A stretch of 62,773 nt of DNA, filler included, from Sanchytrium tribonematis (lineage: Eukaryota): assembly GCA_018985235.1 (NCBI GenBank). It is 18 parts of 18 records of this genome, joined end to end, with 100 filler letters (N's around TTAATTAATTAA, not from the genome) between each part and the next. Parts side by side here need not be neighbours in the genome. Positions count along the whole stretch, not along the records: positions 20,670 to 23,141 come from JADGIG010001046.1; positions 23,242 to 25,700 come from JADGIG010001047.1; positions 25,801 to 45,094 come from JADGIG010000103.1; 15 more parts are not named here. One strand, written 5' to 3'. Positions 21,934 through 32,090 of this stretch are shown piece by piece. The stretch's first letter is position 1, and the number at the start of each line of letters is the position of its first letter. The notes under the pieces are model-generated. The model saw only the letters and a list, made by a program, of their open reading frames with translations. It was not told where the DNA came from and made no database searches. The translations under genes were made by a program, and so were the position numbers.

Positions 21934-22392
21934 TTACATCAAGTGGCTTTTATTCACACTGTATTCTGTGGGACTGAAGATCATGTATGGCTCACATTTG
22001 CGCTTCTTGCCAAAGTCGGATTTGCTTAATGGTTTGCCATGATTCTTTCGTCTGATATGTGTATTTAAGTGACTGATGCTCTCGTATGCTTTGTAGCAGC
22101 CAGGCTGTCTACATGCGTACATTCTTTCCATCTCTTGAGGCTTTCGTCGTGTTCTGGCGAGTTTGTTTTCAGAATGTGTATCGCTACTGCGTGATGATTT
22201 CGACGAATGACTGACTGACTTGATAGCAGGTTTCGCAGAGTGTTTCTCGTGCAGTTTATAGACATGTGTTTGGTGCACATTGCTCATGGATGCATGGACC
22301 GCATTTTTTCTTTCTAGCAATTTCATGAGATTAGAAATAGGCGGCAAAGTAATATTATTAGATGTCGAGGTTGTCTGTTCTGTTTTCGTCAT
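21934..22392 (-). CDS. Con7-like single C2H2 zinc-finger transcription factor
   Basis: RRKPQEMERMYACRQPGCYKAYESISHLNTHIRRKNHG. Confidence 0.75.
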   Translation of the reverse strand: MTKTEQTTSTSNNITLPPISNLMKLLERKNAVHASMSNVHQTHVYKLHEKHSAKPAIKSVSHSSKSSRSSDTHSENKLARTRRKPQEMERMYACRQPGCYKAYESISHLNTHIRRKNHGKPLSKSDFGKKRKCEPYMIFSPTEYSVNKSHLM

Positions 22393-22711
22393 GGTATTAG
22401 ATCAGAGTTAGCTGAAATGGACTTAAAACGAGGAGCGAATCATTATCACGATTTGATAATGTGACTAAAAAAATGGCGTCACTTTTTAGTTGATTTGATA
22501 GAAATCTCCGATCTGTAATTCATAGTCGACTAGTTTGATCCGATCAGATATTACTCTGAATAAATTTAATTCAGAGAACAGAGACGTTTTTAATGACTAA
22601 TTTGCATCAATAAAATAATATACCACGTGTCCGATTTCATTTCGCATGACATCGTAGATTGTTAATGGAAAGTGTTGTTTGTAATCTGCAAAATTGAATT
22701 TATTAATTCAT

Positions 22712-22969
22712 CTAGTACCTGTGCTTAAAATCTGATTTGGACATGGTATTTCCGTGATTCTTTCTCTTAATATGCGTATTTAAATGAGAAATACTTTCAT
22801 ATGCTTTTGGGCAAGATTCTAATGGACAGGCGTAGAAGCGATGCATCTCTTGAGGTCTCCTACGCTTTCGGATGCGACTAGAGTTACTATTTGGCTGCAG
22901 TCCTAATTCCATTTGTTTCTTCAAAACTGAAAATGACGGTAATTGAAAGTTTTGCACAGTTTGGCTCAT
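22712..22969 (-). CDS. Con7-like C2H2 zinc-finger protein (tandem paralog)
   Basis: RRRPQEMHRFYACPLESCPKAYESISHLNTHIKRKNHG. Confidence 0.75.
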   Translation of the reverse strand: MSQTVQNFQLPSFSVLKKQMELGLQPNSNSSRIRKRRRPQEMHRFYACPLESCPKAYESISHLNTHIKRKNHGNTMSKSDFKHRY

Positions 22970-23769
22970 TGTGAATAGGTAGCGTGTCTACTTTTATTAG
23001 TCACTCATCGTGACTCTTTTGCCATTTGTGCAAACACATGTCCATTAGACCAATTAGATGCAATATGGAAAATCAAAATTTATTTAATTACCGAGGTATT
23101 TGAGCTACGGTTCGTAGTCCATTTGATGGCAAAACGAAATCNNNNNNNNNNNNNNNNNNNNNNNNNNNNNNNNNNNNNNNNNNNNTTAATTAATTAANNN
23201 NNNNNNNNNNNNNNNNNNNNNNNNNNNNNNNNNNNNNNNNNATTCAACAACATGTAAATGATGATTTTTTTTTTTTATAAATTATATTTATTAATAAATA
23301 AGGCTACAATTGCAGCAGTAATTAGTAAATAATTGGGATTTGGCAAGCGTAGAGTAGACTTAAGCGGAATACCCCCCAGCAAGTTAACACCAGTATCGAC
23401 CAACCACATTGCAGAAATGCAAATTTGTCTATTGCGTCCAAGATACACTATCCTGACGTGATTCAAGCACAGGAAAGGGTGGGCGACCATCACAATACAA
23501 ACCACCCACGGTAATCTTCAATTCCCAGTGTCTCGTTGATACCTTCCGCCTCTAAAATAAATTGTTTGTGCTACATTTAACTTACTGTGTTTATGCATTC
23601 AATAATGAGTTCAAAAGCATAATCACATGCATTTTGATCAAAAATCTTAAAAAGAACAAAGGAGCAAACATGGAGAAAATCGAGTCAAAATGACTCCCCC
23701 AAAGTAAGCCAAATGTCTTTTTCTTCGCTTTACTCATATTCATATGCATTATATGGGAATCTTACATAT

Positions 23770-25094
23770 CTTTCATTTCCGCAAGTCGAAATTGAAAATA
23801 TGGGCAATCTCCTTCCATAAAATTGACTTTGAAATAATTACAGTGTGTAAGATGAACCCCGATGTTAGTAAATGATGATTATGTTGCATTCAAGTGTGAA
23901 TTGTCACGTGCTGCTGTCACTAGGATGATTGATGTGTTTTAATAATAAGAGTGATGCCCGCATCATGAAGATGCTTGGACCCAATTATTCACTGCCAATT
24001 TTTACAAATGTTGGACTGGGGCAAGGAAGCGTCTTATCAGCTCGTTATTACATTAAAACAACAGATATGGCACTAGGTAATATATCCAATGATCTCTCTA
24101 TCTTCTTTGGGCAGTTCTCTGATGATTTGAACATTGTTGCCCCAAGATGCCAAATTGATGAAATTAAAGAAGATTCACCATTAATTTGTCACTACATCCA
24201 GATCCAAGTAAATTACGAATATTAAGTGGTTTAGGAGACCAAGTTCTAGGTCATTTCATGAACCAGAAGGGTGCAGACCGCGCAGATCAAATTAGAGTGA
24301 ATGTGGAAAATGCCACAGAAAAGTGTGATTACTTGAAATACTGCTCCATGTTCAGAGGAGCAATGGATGAATTTGGGGTTTGGGTTAGTGTGCATATTCT
24401 CCTCTATGATGATTCCTTTACTTGAGAATGGCATCGAAATCCACAAATTAGAGAGACATCTTGCAAATAAGATAAATTTCTTCATATTAGCCAAATTAAG
24501 ATATTTTATTGGTATTGCATCTAGTACTAACAACACTGATCTTCAATCCATGCTCCAATTCAACGATTTTATGGATTGATGGCGAGATCTCCACTGCAGA
24601 TTTTTTAATCTCGATATCCAAAGACGCAATGGCAATGTCAGGAACATCAAATACTTCCCACGAATTAAATACAGCTTCAATCTGGTGCTGATTATGGTGC
24701 TATTTAAAATATAGATCTATTATCACAAGGAGTCTTTGATGGATTGGATATCATTTGGGTACGCAGTAATTCACAATCTCGGGAAGAGGATTTTTCTGTA
24801 GGAAATGTGATTGCTGATTTATTGACCAATTTGGGTAAATATGAATTAAATTATAGTAGAATGCGAACTAGATGTAGAAATATGGGATATATTAGCTGCT
24901 ACGCGAATAGAATACTAGCCAATTCACACTCGAGATTTAATGGAATTTGTAGAAATTGGGAGAACATCACAGATTCTCAATGGCATCTGATGTATGATTG
25001 GTACAGGCACGTGTTGAATGCGAATGAAGATGAGGAACTAGTAGACACAGAACAAAACACATGAGCAAATAAATAAATTGTTAATTAAAAAAAA
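23770..25094 (+). mobile_element. Decayed non-LTR retrotransposon (RT plus RNase H remnant) ending in an A-tract
   Basis: GLGQGSVLSA...FSDDLNI (RT); IIWVRSN...GNVIADLLTNLG (RNase H end); multiple frameshifts; AATAAA and A8 after the stop; 5' boundary approximate. Confidence 0.7.
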
Positions 25095-25802
25095 GATGCA
25101 TTACAGCATACGAACATCCATAGTTTTGATTTCTACTGTGATAACAAATCGGCGATTGAAATTTGCAACACATTGAGAGATAAATATACTTTATCTAAAT
25201 TTGACTTTTCACATATTGAACTGTTCGGAAATATTAGGAATCTGCGAATGAACACATGAATTGTGCGAAATGTTGACTGCGATTTTCAGTTAGAAGATTG
25301 CTCTGTGACCAACCTTGTGTCAGACGATCGTTCGACTTTGAAACCTAACGACTCAATTTAACATTTGGGTAACGTTGTACGGCCCATCAAAAGACTAAAG
25401 GGAATGGATAAATCGGCTACCAATCCCCTTGAATACGCTATGGACGGGTATGACTATCATTACAAGAGTACCCAAGGACACTTTAGTCAGCACTATTTCA
25501 ATAAATTATGATATATGTATGATCTAATGGCGGATCATTTACGGAAAAACGGAAACGAGCTATCGGCTCTATTGAAACTGTTTAATGTCAATGTGTCTTC
25601 ATATTTGACGGAAGCTTACAGTATATAGGAAACAAGTGGAAGAGACTCTCGGTTTTTTAGGACTACCGGGCGATCAAGTGAGCGTCTGGTTTACGAACAA
25701 NNNNNNNNNNNNNNNNNNNNNNNNNNNNNNNNNNNNNNNNNNNNTTAATTAATTAANNNNNNNNNNNNNNNNNNNNNNNNNNNNNNNNNNNNNNNNNNNN
25801 TA

Positions 25803-26227
25803 AAGCCAAGCGATGAACTAGTGAAGGACAGAGTGGTTATTCTTGGTGTTTTAGGAGACGACTACAATTTTATTCATAATATACCCAATGCCATATTAGC
25901 ATCGCAAAGGGGCCATCCATTTTGGCTATTTTTGCTCAATAGAATTACCATGCTCGTTCATCAAAATGATAAAGTCGAGGCGATGACTGGGCCTATCATA
26001 CTAAGAGATTCATACAGGTTGTTTTTGAAATATGAAGACTATAAGGATGACTTTTATGTAGCTAAGCCGGGTATTTTGTACGGAGTCGTAATATTTTCCT
26101 TATTTAGGATTGGCACCGAGCACCTCCTGAGTGTGTAGCTGCTTTTGGACAGCATTTGGATTCTAACAAATGCAAAAAATTATTTCCGGATGCATTCATG
26201 GTAACATATTGGACTCATTCCTGGTAA
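25803..26227 (+). CDS. GT32 (OCH1/SUR1-like) glycosyltransferase paralog, 5' partial, intron 26088-26107
   Basis: NAILASQRGHPFW, TGP; spliced LYGVDWH...TYWTHSW matches 27945-29042. Confidence 0.85.
26088..26107 (+). other. 20-nt spliceosomal intron GTAATATTTTCCTTATTTAG
   Basis: Exactly absent from the paralog (GV|DW); removal restores the frame. Confidence 0.9.
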
Positions 26228-26435
26228 AATTACTTTATAAGTTCACCACTAAAGTAGAATAAATTTTGAAACTATGTTTTGGCTACTTTTCACTGTGGCT
26301 CGCCTCGGTTGCGATATGATTTTGGCTAGTGCATTATTGTGCTTTGTTTCAATTTTGATTTCTTTAATATTATGCTTTAATATATTTTTTTGAGCGAAAT
26401 CAAATTTACTATCAAAATTTATCAACTAATATCAA

Positions 26436-27899
26436 CTAATCCAAAAGCCAGAGCACAGGAGGAAGCATTCGATGCATTGCTTTCCAATGTTCATTTAAAG
26501 AAAGCATCATGAAGTTTTCAAATAGAGATATGTTTGCGTCGTCAATTATGGGAATAAGTCGATCTAAATTTGGCAAAGAAACATACCTTTGTTTAAGCTC
26601 TTTGAATATTTTATGTCGCATCTCGTTACCAAGTGAGTCGTCATCTTCAGCCTGTCGAAAATCGAAATCTTGATGACTTGCGAAACAAAAGCAGTTTTGT
26701 AATGATTCGTTAGAATCAATATCTGCATAACACTTAATGTGCGTAAATGTATTTTTGATAGTTTTGACAAACATAAGGAATGGAAAGCTGCTGTCAGATA
26801 CTATCCCAACATAGTTAATCACCAATATCCCATTAATATTCAATTTTTGAGAAATGGTTTGCATCATGCGGACCGAATACAGCTTTCCTGGGACGATACC
26901 ATTAGTAAACACGTCATGAATTATGAAATCAAATTTGCCTTTGTATTTTTCTAGGTACTTGTAGCCATCTTGTATATTAACAGGAATATCAGTAGGAAAT
27001 CTGAAAAATTTAACAGCCGTGTTCACTACATTCTCGTTAATATCGACTACAAGTACATCAGCCTTGTATTCTTTCATGGAATAAGCACTTACGCCTATAC
27101 CAAGACCTATGATCAGTACCTGTACGTTTTCGAAATCTTTTAAATTCTTTTTCGTTAAAATCAAGGCATCAGGTAAATGAAATTCCACAAATGCAGAATC
27201 TCGAAAATCTATATACATGGCACCTATAATGCTATGATAATCCCTTTGCATTCTTATTTGATGTTCCTTATTTTGGATTATTTGCACAAAATATCCATCT
27301 TTCCATGTGCTTGAAAGAATTTCTAAATTTTGAGATTCCAGTTCCTTTTCACAGGCGACATTTATTAACGTTTGTGCGAGAACGTCAAAAATCAACAGAC
27401 TGATGAGCATAAATTTTCGTGCCTGGAAGACAAGTATCAATACAATAGGGTATAGCAAGAATTGACTTGGAAATTGAAATATGAATCGAAACACGTTTAT
27501 ATCAAGTAAAAATAATGGCAAGCTTGCTAAATCAAAAAGAGAATTTTCCGAAAATGTACATTGGAGACTTAAAGCGACCAATGTAATTTGCATCATTCCT
27601 AATGAAAATGCACTAATATCTGAATTGATTGTCATGCCAACAAAGCTTGCTACTTTGACCAAAATGATAGTCAAAGAATATAGGATTATTTTTAAAGATT
27701 TAAGATCATTTTTCTTTTTTCCAAATGCGTAACTTAAAATAAATAAAATTGACCAAAAAAACCAGGGTTGTATTTTAAAAGATAAACCAAATAGTTTATA
27801 AATAATAATTTGGGTAAATAAAACTGGATTGGAAAGCACCGCACCAAGAACCGGCTGTAAAAATTTTTGGAGAACCAAGAAATATAAAAAATCAAACAT
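26436..27899 (-). CDS. Membrane-anchored spermidine-synthase-like SAM-dependent transferase
   Basis: N-terminal TMs; VLIIGLGIG, VVDIN, DG, FDFIIHDVFTNG. Confidence 0.8.
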   Translation of the reverse strand: MFDFLYFLVLQKFLQPVLGAVLSNPVLFTQIIIYKLFGLSFKIQPWFFWSILFILSYAFGKKKNDLKSLKIILYSLTIILVKVASFVGMTINSDISAFSLGMMQITLVALSLQCTFSENSLFDLASLPLFLLDINVFRFIFQFPSQFLLYPIVLILVFQARKFMLISLLIFDVLAQTLINVACEKELESQNLEILSSTWKDGYFVQIIQNKEHQIRMQRDYHSIIGAMYIDFRDSAFVEFHLPDALILTKKNLKDFENVQVLIIGLGIGVSAYSMKEYKADVLVVDINENVVNTAVKFFRFPTDIPVNIQDGYKYLEKYKGKFDFIIHDVFTNGIVPGKLYSVRMMQTISQKLNINGILVINYVGIVSDSSFPFLMFVKTIKNTFTHIKCYADIDSNESLQNCFCFASHQDFDFRQAEDDDSLGNEMRHKIFKELKQRYVSLPNLDRLIPIIDDANISLFENFMMLSLNEHWKAMHRMLPPVLWLLD

Positions 27900-27944
27900 G
27901 GAGGATGATTATTATTTATTGGATGAAATGCCAATTTAAAATTT

Positions 27945-29042
27945 TTACCAAGAATGAGTCCAATAGGTGATCATAAATGCGTCGGGAAACAATTTTTTGC
28001 AGGCAATCGTATCTAAATGTTGTCCGAATGCGGCAACGCAGTTTGCAGGCGGGTTGTGCCAATCCACTCCATACAAAAGCGAGGACGATGCCACATAAAA
28101 ATCTTTCTTGTATTTCTCATATTTCAAAAATAGCAGATATGAGTCTCTTAAAATAATGGGACCCGTCATTTCTTCAGTTCCACCATTTTGATGAACGAGC
28201 ATGGTAATTCTATTGAGCAAAAATAGCCAAAATGGATGGCCCCTTTGCGATGCTAATATGGCATTGGGTATATTATGAATAAAATTGTAGTCGTCTCCTA
28301 AAACACCAAGAATAACCACTCTGTCCTTCACTAGTTCATCGCTTGGCTTTAGGCATTCTACATCCAGGTCGGCATAAATACCACCAAAGTGATGCAGATA
28401 GACATATCTAACAAAATCAGCTCTCATAATTCCGCTGTTTAGTCGATCATAAGTGTAAAGTAGCCAAGGATACTCAGATGCTATGAGCTGTCTGTTGTCT
28501 TTGTCGGTCCACAATAAATGGTCCCAGTGCTTGTGAAAATTCATGCAGCTTTTTTCCCATTCCAAATATCTATCAGGTACATCCACATTTTTCCATGATT
28601 GATGAAAGATTGGTGGAATAGAGTCAGCCGGATAGTTCATCAATTTTTCATGAGTCAGGTCTGATTTTTCCCAGGTATATGTGCCTATCTCTGGCGGCTT
28701 GAACTCGTCCACTTCCAACCGCCAGCCAGAATCCCACTCGCATTTATTATTTTTACAATTCCCAGCCTTGGCACGACACTCTTCGATGTGACACTTTTGC
28801 TCCGGTTCCTTCTCCTTCGATGCTTCTGGGCATTCTGTCTTGACAACTATTTTCGTCGTTGTCACTGTTACTCTTGCTTCTTTGTGTGCTCCTTCCTTGG
28901 CTGCTCCTGTTCCGTTGCAGTGTGTTTGAACAAAACTTCTTTCAGACTTGTTAATGCTAATATTTTCAGAGGCATATTGGTTCAAAATGATCAATATCCA
29001 GACCAAGGTGATCCCAAAAAGAAGCGAGATATGTTTCTTCAT
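27945..29042 (-). CDS. GT32 mannosyltransferase-like (OCH1/SUR1 family), type II membrane protein
   Basis: IPPIFHQSWK, RADFVRYVYLHHFGGIYADLD (DxD motif). Confidence 0.9.
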   Translation of the reverse strand: MKKHISLLFGITLVWILIILNQYASENISINKSERSFVQTHCNGTGAAKEGAHKEARVTVTTTKIVVKTECPEASKEKEPEQKCHIEECRAKAGNCKNNKCEWDSGWRLEVDEFKPPEIGTYTWEKSDLTHEKLMNYPADSIPPIFHQSWKNVDVPDRYLEWEKSCMNFHKHWDHLLWTDKDNRQLIASEYPWLLYTYDRLNSGIMRADFVRYVYLHHFGGIYADLDVECLKPSDELVKDRVVILGVLGDDYNFIHNIPNAILASQRGHPFWLFLLNRITMLVHQNGGTEEMTGPIILRDSYLLFLKYEKYKKDFYVASSSLLYGVDWHNPPANCVAAFGQHLDTIACKKLFPDAFMITYWTHSW

Positions 29043-29162
29043 AGTTTCACTAGCCACTTTTGACCTCAATCTTTATATAATTGTTTATTTTGATCCCAAT
29101 GTTTGATTAAGCATATTTGACATTGATAAAGAACATCTTCTTTTAATTCGTTGTACGTTATG

Positions 29163-30137
29163 TTATGCTCCAATAAAACTGTCATCATAAACGCTGTTTT
29201 CCACAAAAATTATGCTTGAGTCAGAAAACAACAGAGAGTCATTTCTTTTACCCATTTGCAGCTTTTTAGAATCAAATCTCTCCCCTAGTGGTGCGGAGGC
29301 CGCTTTCTCATTTGCAAATCCCTGAGATTGGGATGAAATATGTAAATCCATGTTGAGGTTCAAGTCGGAATTATTAGACGTTTCCTCTTCAGCACATAGA
29401 TTGTTTTGGAACAAATCTAAATTTTCTTCAACACAATTAGCATCAGGTTTGTTTACACCACTCTCTGTCACAATTGAACCGGAAGATATTCCGCTGCTAG
29501 AGCTCAAAAATTCGACGTTTTTAACTTCTGTTGATACTAATGAAACTTCCTTTTTCAATTTAAGCTCATATACGATATCATCTATAATTTGGCCTATTTT
29601 TCTTGTTTTTTCCTCTGTTCCAAAACATTTTATATTTGTGCCGCTTGAATTACACTTTTGCATAATTGGTTTGTCATCTATGTCCATGGCTAAATTCTTT
29701 AAAATCTTTGAGGATTCAACTTTTTGCGGTAACTTGCGTTGTGTAACTTTTAAGTTGTATTTCTTCGAAATGTATCGTTTGATATCTTCGTCGGTTGCAC
29801 TTTCATTTTCCAGTTCAAATCCATCAGCAGTTAACAGTATCATGCCATTTGTGCACACTTGATTTCTTATTCGGATCTTTGAATTCAAGGCTTTCCATGT
29901 AATATTTCCTGATAAGTCAACTGCATCGATTAATTTTGAATTCTCACATTTAATTTTAAGTTTGAAAGTTGTTGTTTTAAGATTTGTCAAATTTTCTTCT
30001 GCGAACAGTTTCTTCTGCTCGAATTCACTGTTTTTGATGTCATGAAGATCCACAATTTCCCCAGAAATACTGATCATCCACTGTTTCGAAAAATTCAACA
30101 ATTTCAAAACAGTTTTATATCCAATTCCAACAACCAT
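29163..30137 (-). CDS. RMI1-like N-terminal OB-fold protein with a low-complexity tail
   Basis: IVDLHDI..FKLKI..IDAVD..SKIRI..NGMILLT pattern. Confidence 0.4.
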   Translation of the reverse strand: MVVGIGYKTVLKLLNFSKQWMISISGEIVDLHDIKNSEFEQKKLFAEENLTNLKTTTFKLKIKCENSKLIDAVDLSGNITWKALNSKIRIRNQVCTNGMILLTADGFELENESATDEDIKRYISKKYNLKVTQRKLPQKVESSKILKNLAMDIDDKPIMQKCNSSGTNIKCFGTEEKTRKIGQIIDDIVYELKLKKEVSLVSTEVKNVEFLSSSSGISSGSIVTESGVNKPDANCVEENLDLFQNNLCAEEETSNNSDLNLNMDLHISSQSQGFANEKAASAPLGERFDSKKLQMGKRNDSLLFSDSSIIFVENSVYDDSFIGA

Positions 30138-30195
30138 AATACGTTATTTATGTTTAATCACAGAAATGATCAGGTAAATTTGTCCCTCCCCAAAC

Positions 30196-31083
30196 ATGAT
30201 TTTTGCAGGAGACAATGCGGGATATTTGTATCTCGATTTCAAAAGACTTACAAATTGTCAGCCGTCTAGCAAATGTATTAAAATTGTCATACAAGATGAC
30301 ATGGTTGTATTTAAGGAAAATTCTGTTGAAATTTGGGATAATGGGATCTGTTCCAAATCTTGCACTATGGATGAATTATTAATTTTTGGAGACGTACTCG
30401 AAAAACATATTATCTGCTTTTTTTCAAGCAGAATTCTCATTTTAAATTATAATTTAAAATCTATACAAGAAATTTTGTTCGATCTGAAGTCGTTTTTAAA
30501 TTTTGACAATGGTTTTTTGTACACTGGGCGTGAGAACATGTCTATACACAAAATCACTTTAAAAGAAAGTTTTTGTACTATCGAGCCATATTTTAAGACC
30601 AAGTTGAAGAAAAATAATGCAAGTGGAGTAGACAAGATGATAATTAGGGATGCTTTGCAGTTTCAGAAGAATCAATTTGTAGCAATTTCCGCCAATCGTC
30701 TATATTTTTATGACTCAATTTTTGGTTCAAGACCGAAAAAGGTGGAAGTATTCGATGTGGGTCTGGTTAAATTAAAAAAATTGGCGGGAGATGATATATT
30801 ACTAATTGGTAATGACGGAAGCATTCTGAAATATAACATTACCAATCGCTTAATTGTTGGCAAATTTAAAGACACGGAAAGTCACTCAACGCCCTTATCG
30901 TTTTCTTCGGATAATGATCATTTATATATTGGTTACACTGATCGATATGTTAGAGTTTTCGAATTGAAAAACTGTAAATTACTACAAAAAATATATTTAA
31001 AACAGAAAATTAGCGCACTTTTTGTGACAAAAGACAGCGGCGAAGAAAGCGAAGATGATATTTGGGAAGAACTTCAGAAATAA
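30196..31083 (+). CDS. NSA1: WD40 ribosome biogenesis protein Nsa1/WDR74
   Basis: YD....RP, DRYVRVF, KIYLKQK, acidic DDIWEEL C-terminus. Confidence 0.7.
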   Translation: MIFAGDNAGYLYLDFKRLTNCQPSSKCIKIVIQDDMVVFKENSVEIWDNGICSKSCTMDELLIFGDVLEKHIICFFSSRILILNYNLKSIQEILFDLKSFLNFDNGFLYTGRENMSIHKITLKESFCTIEPYFKTKLKKNNASGVDKMIIRDALQFQKNQFVAISANRLYFYDSIFGSRPKKVEVFDVGLVKLKKLAGDDILLIGNDGSILKYNITNRLIVGKFKDTESHSTPLSFSSDNDHLYIGYTDRYVRVFELKNCKLLQKIYLKQKISALFVTKDSGEESEDDIWEELQK

Positions 31084-31090
31084 TAAAGCT

Positions 31091-31933
31091 TTATTCTCTA
31101 AAAGTAATCTTTTGAACAGTATGCCAATTTCCATCGCCTGACTTCTGCCATTTGGTTAGTTCTGTCTCTCCAGTTGAAATAAGTTCTGTACCAGTTATAT
31201 TCCATTGTAGCTTCGTAATTTTCTCCTTTAACATTTCTACAGCTATATCCTCTACCTGATGGTCTTGTTGTACTTTATAAATATAAAGCCTTCCCTCTTC
31301 AGAGCCAACTGCTACCAGATCGAAACTGCGGCCCATGTTAGGAGCAAATGCGCAAGAAATAGGTTTATCTGACAAGTTTAAATCGGCTATTTTTGTCATG
31401 GAATTGTTAAGGCTGCCATAAATCTGTACACAATTTGGAAATATTAAAACCAATCGATCGTCATCGGGGCTATAGCTCATTTTTACGAATTCCACAGATG
31501 TTTTACTAAATGAAACCTCATCAATATTTGTCCATTCAGTTAGAGATATAAGTTCACTAGGTATGTATAGTCTCAAAAATCCATCGCGACTAGCAGTGGC
31601 CAATTTAAGGCCTACATTTTGTGGAGCAAACTGTACAGAATCAACAATTTCTCGAGAGTCGGTGATCTTGCATCTTTCAACAAAAGGAGTTCGCTGATTT
31701 GGAACCTCTTCCCAAATAATAACCTCAGACGAACACGTTGCAAGCAAGGAACCGAAATAAGGATGAGATAAAGTACAATGGTAAACAGGAGCAATATGAG
31801 CTTTCCACTGAGTAGTCATTTGCCAATCATTCCCATCATGATCATAAATTATAAGCTTATGATCGGCAGTTCCGCATATGAGGCGTTTGCCATAAAAATC
31901 AAATTCACTGCAGAGCACCGATTCAGACACCAT
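31091..31933 (-). CDS. SEH1: Nucleoporin/SEA-GATOR2 subunit Seh1
   Basis: DFYGKRL, WKAH, HPYFG, IWEE, FAPQNVGLKLA, FAPNMGRSF, WNITGT. Confidence 0.9.
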   Translation of the reverse strand: MVSESVLCSEFDFYGKRLICGTADHKLIIYDHDGNDWQMTTQWKAHIAPVYHCTLSHPYFGSLLATCSSEVIIWEEVPNQRTPFVERCKITDSREIVDSVQFAPQNVGLKLATASRDGFLRLYIPSELISLTEWTNIDEVSFSKTSVEFVKMSYSPDDDRLVLIFPNCVQIYGSLNNSMTKIADLNLSDKPISCAFAPNMGRSFDLVAVGSEEGRLYIYKVQQDHQVEDIAVEMLKEKITKLQWNITGTELISTGETELTKWQKSGDGNWHTVQKITFRE

Positions 31934-32090
31934 GGTATTTGTTACAAAGGAGTTGGTAAAACTGTATTGCAAATATTATTATTAGAATCAAATTCATTTC
32001 ATTTACTAACTATTTCATCTTAAAGATAAGAATCCTAAACAAAAATATATATGACATAGACTCTAGGGTGAAACATATATTAAGACAAAA

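Noticed and set aside
23090..23141. tRNA-like GGTTCGTAGTCC motif
   Set aside because: No cloverleaf stems could be built
30173..30208. Possible ~35-nt intron (GTAAAT...GCAG) at the NSA1 5' end
   Set aside because: Splicing from the upstream ATG would be out of frame, and the ATG at 30196 suffices
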